From Planctomycetales bacterium (GTDB taxonomy: Bacteria; Planctomycetota; Phycisphaerae; SM23-33), in NCBI GenBank assembly GCA_030612725.1, contig JAUWNJ010000009.1, positions 33,800 through 97,799 on the forward strand: a DNA stretch of 64,000 nt, read 5' to 3'. Shown one piece after another: positions 58,901 through 64,000 of the stretch (position 1 is the first letter of the stretch; each line of letters begins with the position of its first letter). The notes beneath the pieces were generated by a model, which was not told the origin of the DNA, made no database searches, and was given only the letters and a program-made list of their open reading frames with translations. Made by a program: the position numbers and the translations under genes.

Positions 58901-60663
58901 CAATCGTTGTCCGCCTGTACGACCTGCTCCGCTGGGGCGGGCTTGAATACGCCCGGCGTTACGCACAGGCCGTTACGGAAACCTACAAAAAAGACTCCGC
59001 CGATTTCGACTTCGCCGCCACCCACGCCGTTATCCACAACCTGGCAAATGCCATGCTCATAAAAGACGGTGTATTCATGGCGGAACTATCGACAAGCCAC
59101 GAAAAATATGCACGCGACCGCGAAAAATACGACGTCAACACCGCAAACGGAGACAAAATCTCCTATCGCCACCTCTGGCACTGGAAGATGAAATTCGGGC
59201 CTTGGAAATGGAACGCCAGTATGGCAGTCTATGGCTGGATGCTCCAGGTCCTCAAACGAAGCCAATGGTTACGAAAAATCATCCCGGGATGGCACAAGCA
59301 CGAACACGAATACCTCCGGCAGTACGAAGCCGCTGTGGCCGAGTTCGCCTATTCGACGAACGAGGAATATCAACAGCAACTCGCCAGGCTCACCTCTGCT
59401 CAGTGCATGGACTGCCTGAACCCCCGCTGCGCCGAGGCTGGGCTTATGGGGACAGGCTGCCCGCTGGAAAGCGATGTCCCGCAGTGGGTGCAACTCGCCC
59501 GCGAAGGAAAGTGGAAAGAGGCTGCCGAAAAACTATCCGAGACCAATAATTTCCCGGAATTCACCTCGCGGATATGCCCGGCCTTCTGCGAAAGCGCGTG
59601 TAAGCAGAAATTCAGCGGATTTCCCGTCGGTATCAAGGATATCGAGCGGCAGATTATCGACCGCGCCCTGGCTGAAGGATGGGTAACACCGTCTCCCGCT
59701 TCGGAAAAAACGGGAAAAACCGTGGCCGTCGTCGGTTCAGGACCAACCGGCCTGGCCGCTGCACAGCAACTCGCGCGAGCGGGACATGACGTAACCGTCT
59801 TCGAGGCTGAAGATGCACCGGGCGGACTGTTGCGATATGGTATCCCGCAATGGCGACTTGGGGCAGAACTCATTGATCGGCGCGTCGAGCAACTCGCCGC
59901 AGAGGGCGTCAAGTTCCGCACGTCCACTCAAGTCGGCAAAGACATCACAGCCAACGAGTTACACGAGCAATTCGACGCGGTCCTGCTGGCTCTCGGCGCT
60001 TCGGCGCCCAAGGACCTGAAAATCCCCGGCAGGGAGATTCGAGGCGTCCGGTTCGGAATCGACTTCCTTCGCGACGGCGAAAGCGCAAGCGTTCAGGACA
60101 AAGTTGTCGCTGTCATCGGCGGCGGGCTGACAGGCGAGGATTGCGTCGAAGCCGCAATCGCCCAAGGCGCAAAAAAGGTGCACCAATTCGAGATATTACA
60201 GGAAGGTAGCGCGGGCAGTAACACGGGCGTCTCGCCCGTGAAAGACGATCATGGCCGAGACGGCCATGCTACGAAAGTTCATCGTCAATGGTGCGTCGCA
60301 ACTAAATCTTTCAGCGGAGACGGAAATCTCACCTCGTTGCAAGCCGTTCGGGTTGCGTGGAAACCTTCGACCAAGGGGCCTGTGATGGAGGCCGTTCCGG
60401 GCAGCGAATTTTCTCTGGATGTGGATGTCGTCCTGCTGGCGATGGGCTTTGACGCCGTACTACCGAAACCCATTGCCGAGCAGTTGAGCCTGGCTAGAGG
60501 CGAAACCGGCGGCATTACCACGAAGTCCTGCGCCACGAACGTTCCGGGCGTATTTGCAGCCGGTGATTTGGTTACAGGCGCATCCTACGTCGCTGACGCG
60601 ATCGCCGCCGGTCGAAACGCAGCCGAAAAAATTGACGAATACCTGACGAAAAAAAATGCGTGA
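55936..60663 (+). CDS. Fused indolepyruvate:ferredoxin oxidoreductase (alpha+beta) with a C-terminal GltD-like FAD/NAD(P) module, 1575 aa
   Basis: GYPGSP, PTFCPGCPH, GDTGCY, GDSTFFHSG, LDNRTTGMTGHQP, ferredoxin Cys, GVGGMG; then CMDC..GCP, NNFPEFTSRICPAFCE, GSGPTG, GGGLTG, VFAAGD; start MKVDPRF follows TACAAT. Confidence 0.9.
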   Translation: MKVDPRFLACEGPEIFTGNELLVKGALETEGGVHLLGGYPGSPVAGFFDSMALIKDLLNEKGIRAVINNNEALAAAMLNGSQVAGCRGMIVMKSVGVHVAADALALGNLAGADPDGGAIVIYGDDPWCDSTQVPADSRYISKHLYIPTLEPSTPQEVKDFVGAAFEISAASELYMGFVLTNNLADGGGSVICKPNQYPKLTTHQQVSLETEAINLDKYVLLPPRTWWQEANMPDRQAKAISETRRLGMNRIDYPSQSRKPIGFISAGLAHAYLLQALSEAGMLGEFPILKLGMSYPLDIELVEELACQCERIVIVEERRGFIEEQVGEIILRARQAGKPAGQTEVWGKKFPGGVEGIPSVQGLHPSIITERLAELFRRIELAGTKITVPHALENQTKAIEATTGMDVGNLHPRIPTFCPGCPHRDTSGLCLEIKKRFTDPVYMSKTHGCKPVDLMFHGDTGCYTMLMFPPTTPLMHDYSGMGLGAGTGSGADPFITNKQVVFMGDSTFFHSGQIAVSQAIKLGQDITFIILDNRTTGMTGHQPTPGVEYDIVGNQTPVQDIEKIVRSMDLTGELSIARVDPEQRDEYGQLLEEMFLADGVKIIIADKECGITRMRRKRRSERAIVRRDGFLATWQHMNINQEICRFCLACAEITGCPGLKHVETDYGPKMDTDITWCVDDGACERIGACSSFERVTIKRKAIPRSRVPELDLDDITEPQKRSFSGLWRCCLVGVGGMGCGVATTILVRAGHKEGYPVVFLDKKGLAIRNGGVVSQVAYNTSGNPTTAIIPYGQADLLIGIDMLETARAMDPTKRTRAVQTGRTVVVVNTDKTATIPGLLGWGDFDPDELERIIRNNTQSEDFLARNISSVCEKYLGSRIYANIMMLGFAFQKGLIPVSMHSMAWAIKDTIRADFRKNLYAFNMGRKLLVKPDLFRGAPKRTTWQKMLEEKCRCTIRRYRQGQVISEALRELSARVIEDAAELNENEKRAIVVRLYDLLRWGGLEYARRYAQAVTETYKKDSADFDFAATHAVIHNLANAMLIKDGVFMAELSTSHEKYARDREKYDVNTANGDKISYRHLWHWKMKFGPWKWNASMAVYGWMLQVLKRSQWLRKIIPGWHKHEHEYLRQYEAAVAEFAYSTNEEYQQQLARLTSAQCMDCLNPRCAEAGLMGTGCPLESDVPQWVQLAREGKWKEAAEKLSETNNFPEFTSRICPAFCESACKQKFSGFPVGIKDIERQIIDRALAEGWVTPSPASEKTGKTVAVVGSGPTGLAAAQQLARAGHDVTVFEAEDAPGGLLRYGIPQWRLGAELIDRRVEQLAAEGVKFRTSTQVGKDITANELHEQFDAVLLALGASAPKDLKIPGREIRGVRFGIDFLRDGESASVQDKVVAVIGGGLTGEDCVEAAIAQGAKKVHQFEILQEGSAGSNTGVSPVKDDHGRDGHATKVHRQWCVATKSFSGDGNLTSLQAVRVAWKPSTKGPVMEAVPGSEFSLDVDVVLLAMGFDAVLPKPIAEQLSLARGETGGITTKSCATNVPGVFAAGDLVTGASYVADAIAAGRNAAEKIDEYLTKKNA

Positions 60664-60718
60664 AGAAATTCTGCGTGAGGTAATCCATGCTACCTGGCAC
60701 GACAAGGCAACTGGACTT

Positions 60719-60917
60719 AGGCCCGAAGGGCCGATCAGATGTTAGCCGGGGGCGTAAGCCCCCGGATAGATTGGAGTTAGAAGCCCAGCCCCGGAGGGGC
60801 GAAAGAAAATATCACGCCTCGGATGAGTTCTGTCGCCCCGTTGGGGCTTTGGGTAACGCCGAACACTTCTCCGGACCCTCACGGGCCCGGCTAACCTCTA
60901 ATCGGCCCTTCGGGCCT
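60719..60917. repeat. ~200-bp nested palindromic element
   Basis: AGGCCCGAAGGGCCGAT/ATCGGCCCTTCGGGCCT outer arms, GTTAGCCGGG/CCCGGCTAAC, AGCCCC..GGGGCGA/TCGCCCC..GGGGCT inner arms. Confidence 0.85.
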
Positions 60918-61008
60918 GAACTGCGAACAGTCGAAACAGATGACGGAGTGGCAAAGATTGCTTCAGTCATCCAGGGCGAACAACGCGAACACAAAGCGGG
61001 AGGTTGAT

Positions 61009-61542
61009 ATGCTGCAAAGGAAGAAAACCGGCGTTTTATCTGTCCTGCTGCTCTGCCTGGCCGCCACTCTCGGCGGGTGCTCTTTTCCCTACAAGGCGAC
61101 TTCGTATTACCAAGGTTACGCAAACGTAATAAACGACCTGGACAAGGGATGGTGCACGATGACATTAATGCCGGACATCAATGCAACAACCTTCAAAATA
61201 CAGATTTCAACTATTGTTATCCCAACATACTTCATGCATCCTACAAAGTACCTTCAGTTCACCGTTCCAAACAACGAACTTACGCCTGGAAAGAGTTTGA
61301 ATCTAAAGAACCTGAAAGCGTGTTCCGTCGGCATTGGATACGACAGGGATGCCGGTAGAATAACCCAAGGGAAAGTTATTGTTGAATCCACAGGACAGAC
61401 AAGCGTTGTGCTGACAATTGAATCGTCTGAATTTGATCGGCGTTTCCAGGGCACCCACAGATTTCGGCGAAGGTCTCCAAGCAAAGACGCGATGAACATA
61501 ACGGGGCTGGTAACAGATGCAGAAGAAATCCAAAATCGATAA
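61009..61542 (+). CDS. Hypothetical lipoprotein
   Basis: GGAGG RBS; lipobox LGGC; AT-richer than its neighbours. Confidence 0.7.
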   Translation: MLQRKKTGVLSVLLLCLAATLGGCSFPYKATSYYQGYANVINDLDKGWCTMTLMPDINATTFKIQISTIVIPTYFMHPTKYLQFTVPNNELTPGKSLNLKNLKACSVGIGYDRDAGRITQGKVIVESTGQTSVVLTIESSEFDRRFQGTHRFRRRSPSKDAMNITGLVTDAEEIQNR

Positions 61543-62179
61543 AAAGAAACGCACAGCCATGATTACGGCTTCGCTTAAGAAAATCCATCCAGACGCGAAA
61601 ACCGCGCTGCATCATCGAAACCCGCTGCAACTGCTCGTCGCGACGATTCTCTCGGCCCAATGCACCGACGTGCGGGTCAATATCGTTACGAAAGACCTGT
61701 TCAAAAAATATAAATCGGCAACCGTTTACGCCAAGGCTTCACAGGAAGTATTCGAGCAGGAAATCCGCACCACCGGATTCTATCGCAATAAGGCCAAGAA
61801 CATCATCGCAACAGCCAAAAAACTCATCGACGACTTCGGCGGCAAGGTTCCCGATAACATGGACGACTTAATCTCTCTGCCGGGGGTCGCCCGCAAGACA
61901 GCCAACGTCGTCCTCGGCGACGCATTCGGGAAAAATGAAGGCATCGCCGTCGATACGCACGTCAGGCGTCTGGCTGGGCGGCTTGGGCTTTCAAAGCACG
62001 AAGACCCGGTAAAGATCGAAAAAGACCTGATGGAATTAGTCCCCCGGAAAAACTGGGCTATCTTTTCGCATTTGCTAATCTTCCATGGCAGAAGGGTCTG
62101 CACCGCACGAAAGCCCCGTTGCGACGAATGTGGAATCAGTAAATTATGCCAGAAGAAGGGCGTAGGGCGTAGGGCGTAG
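61517..62179 (+). CDS. nth: Endonuclease III
   Basis: LLVATILSAQCTD, HhH LPGVARKTANV, VDTHV, C-x6-C-x2-C-x5-C. Confidence 0.96.
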   Translation: MQKKSKIDKKKRTAMITASLKKIHPDAKTALHHRNPLQLLVATILSAQCTDVRVNIVTKDLFKKYKSATVYAKASQEVFEQEIRTTGFYRNKAKNIIATAKKLIDDFGGKVPDNMDDLISLPGVARKTANVVLGDAFGKNEGIAVDTHVRRLAGRLGLSKHEDPVKIEKDLMELVPRKNWAIFSHLLIFHGRRVCTARKPRCDECGISKLCQKKGVGRRA

Positions 62180-62233
62180 GGGAAAAACACTGGGTTTGTT
62201 GCCCTATTCCCTACACCCTACGCCCTATGCCCT
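62157..62233. repeat. Inverted heptamer arrays forming a hairpin between convergent genes
   Basis: (AGGGCGT)x3 then GCCCTATTCCCTACACCCTACGCCCTATGCCCT. Confidence 0.85.
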
Positions 62234-62235
62234 TT

Positions 62236-63990
62236 TTATTCCCACATTCTCGCCACCGCCGGGAGGAAGTAATCGGCGACGGTTCGCTTCCAGGTGATTT
62301 TTTGTCCCAGGGCTGAACCGCTTTGAAGCAATTCGGCAATATCGTCGTCGTTTTTCGGCAGTCTGTCAGTCAGTCTGCGTGCGAGGCGTTTTGCCTCGGC
62401 TGTTTCGACGGCATCACGTTGAGCCATGTCTATTCGCATAGCATCGGCGAACGTTGAAGCGGCGGGTACACGAATGAAATCGCCCAGAAGGATATTCGCA
62501 GGCATATCCCCGCCGGTGCACCGCTTCAGCAGCCCGACGCACCCGCAGACATTCGAGACTACGCATATCGCCCCCGCCCCCAGCGGCTCCAACTGGCTTA
62601 TCCCGAACGGTTCATACACGCTCAACCCGAATTCGACGTCCGTACCCATACGGACATCGGCTAATGTCATTTCGTCGGGCATACGTTGCCCGCATCGGCT
62701 TGACTCCCACCCGAACTGGTTCACCAGCACGACCCGAGCGGCTTGGTGATGCTGATTAAAATCCTCGAACAGATCCCCCACAACCTCTTCACCGTTACAC
62801 ATATCCGGATACCCGTGTCGGTGGCGTACAGGCCAGCCGTAATCGTTTTCCATTCGCAGTATGTCATTTTCCCGTCGTCGCCCTGCCAGCGTGCCGAGCA
62901 TGAAAAACACTGCCGATCGTCCCTGTCCGGCGAGTTGTTCATCGAGTTCGTGCAGGATTCGCAGGTTGCGCCAGATACCCTTGCTCAACACCGGACGGGC
63001 AACGTGGGTGAAGATGTAATCGGGCTTGAAGTCGAGAAGGTTTCCGGCGTACTGCATCATCCGCTTTCGAGATTCCTGTCTTTGGGCCAATGTCGGCACA
63101 GCAGAGGGAATACCGTTATAAACCATTTCCACGGGCACATTTTCGCAGCCAGGCTGGAGGAACCGCATCTCCTGCCCGACGAAATCGCCGACGGCGAATA
63201 TCGCGTCGCAATGGCGGGCAGCCTTTATCAGCGGATGCTTGAAATTGTCGCGGACCTCAGGGAAGAAATCCTCAAACCCCTTGTCGGTCTTTTCGGCAGA
63301 GGCAAGGAGGTTGTAGAACATCAAGTCGTGGGCAGGGTGCGTCTCGACGATCCGGCGGACCGAAGCGACCTCGTGGGCGTAAAAAACAGTCCGCACGTCC
63401 GCACGCTCATCCATTATCGCCCTCAATACCGTCGGCATACCCATGTACTCGTGCGAAAAAAGAACCACCGGTAACACGGGCGAGACATCCGTGCTACGTG
63501 CGCCGATGATGCGCATCGCCTCCCACGCAGGTTCAGCCAGGCGGACGTACTGCTCAAATTCCCAGATGTGCTCGAACTTGTCGGACGGAACGTCGAATCT
63601 CCCGAACAACTCGGCTTTGAAGCGATTCAACCGGCCCCGATTACAATTGAATACGTCCACGAGGAGGACTTCGACCTTGGCCGGCGCGGTTGAATCGCCG
63701 TCGGACACCTGGCGAGTCCCGTAAATAATCCCCACCTCGTATGCCTGCTCGACGGGCCTGAATTTCTCTGCCCATCCACCCGTATCTATCCCGTCGATGC
63801 TGCTGTAGAGAACCTCGCCGTCGGGGCCGAACCTTTCAGCCCCCGTCTGATCGGTCGTAAATACCGGTCCAATCAGGACAGTCCGCTCGAAGACCCGCTG
63901 GTAATCGTCCGACGTTACCAGCCCGGCTACGACCGCGCCGATCCCGCCCATCTTCTCGACGGCTTCATGTGTTACGTGAATCGCTACCAC
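62236..63990 (-). CDS. GT-B glycosyltransferase, GT3 glycogen-synthase-like
   Basis: HEAVEKMGGIG (KxGG), SHEYMG, YEPFGISQLE; AGGAG RBS and GTG start at the window edge. Confidence 0.7.
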   Translation of the reverse strand: MVAIHVTHEAVEKMGGIGAVVAGLVTSDDYQRVFERTVLIGPVFTTDQTGAERFGPDGEVLYSSIDGIDTGGWAEKFRPVEQAYEVGIIYGTRQVSDGDSTAPAKVEVLLVDVFNCNRGRLNRFKAELFGRFDVPSDKFEHIWEFEQYVRLAEPAWEAMRIIGARSTDVSPVLPVVLFSHEYMGMPTVLRAIMDERADVRTVFYAHEVASVRRIVETHPAHDLMFYNLLASAEKTDKGFEDFFPEVRDNFKHPLIKAARHCDAIFAVGDFVGQEMRFLQPGCENVPVEMVYNGIPSAVPTLAQRQESRKRMMQYAGNLLDFKPDYIFTHVARPVLSKGIWRNLRILHELDEQLAGQGRSAVFFMLGTLAGRRRENDILRMENDYGWPVRHRHGYPDMCNGEEVVGDLFEDFNQHHQAARVVLVNQFGWESSRCGQRMPDEMTLADVRMGTDVEFGLSVYEPFGISQLEPLGAGAICVVSNVCGCVGLLKRCTGGDMPANILLGDFIRVPAASTFADAMRIDMAQRDAVETAEAKRLARRLTDRLPKNDDDIAELLQSGSALGQKITWKRTVADYFLPAVARMWE

Positions 63991-64000
63991 ACCGGCTCCT

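Noticed and set aside
1-64000. tRNA or rRNA genes
   Set aside because: No cloverleaf with a T-loop or rRNA-like segment seen in intergenic gaps by eye; tRNAscan-SE would confirm

Overview
A 64-kb chromosomal window from a GC-rich bacterium, most likely a planctomycete of the Phycisphaerae type (inferred from PEP-CTERM proteins, DUF1844, kdsB and the flagellar gene order). Housekeeping genes are gatB, clpX, miaB, rpsT, tlyA-like, fba, tilS, xerD, kdsB, nadK and nth. A flagellar hook/rod operon (fliK-flgD-flgE-PilZ-flgF-G-A-H-I-J-N-K-L) sits behind a consensus sigma54 promoter. There are carbohydrate loci (XylR, two GH130, AraC, DUF4091/GH123-like, deacetylase-like, GT3) and inositol-lipid genes (ino1 plus a PIP-synthase-like gene). 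Unusual elements: a HipA-like kinase + HIRAN cassette, an HTH-fused catalytically degenerate GspE/PilB protein, a 1575-aa indolepyruvate oxidoreductase-GltD fusion, a RAYT transposase with REPs, a MITE, and several families of palindromes and 7/8/10/11-bp tandem arrays that repeatedly bracket accessory genes. No rRNA, tRNA or CRISPR array was seen. All calls come from motif recognition by eye; no database searches were run.
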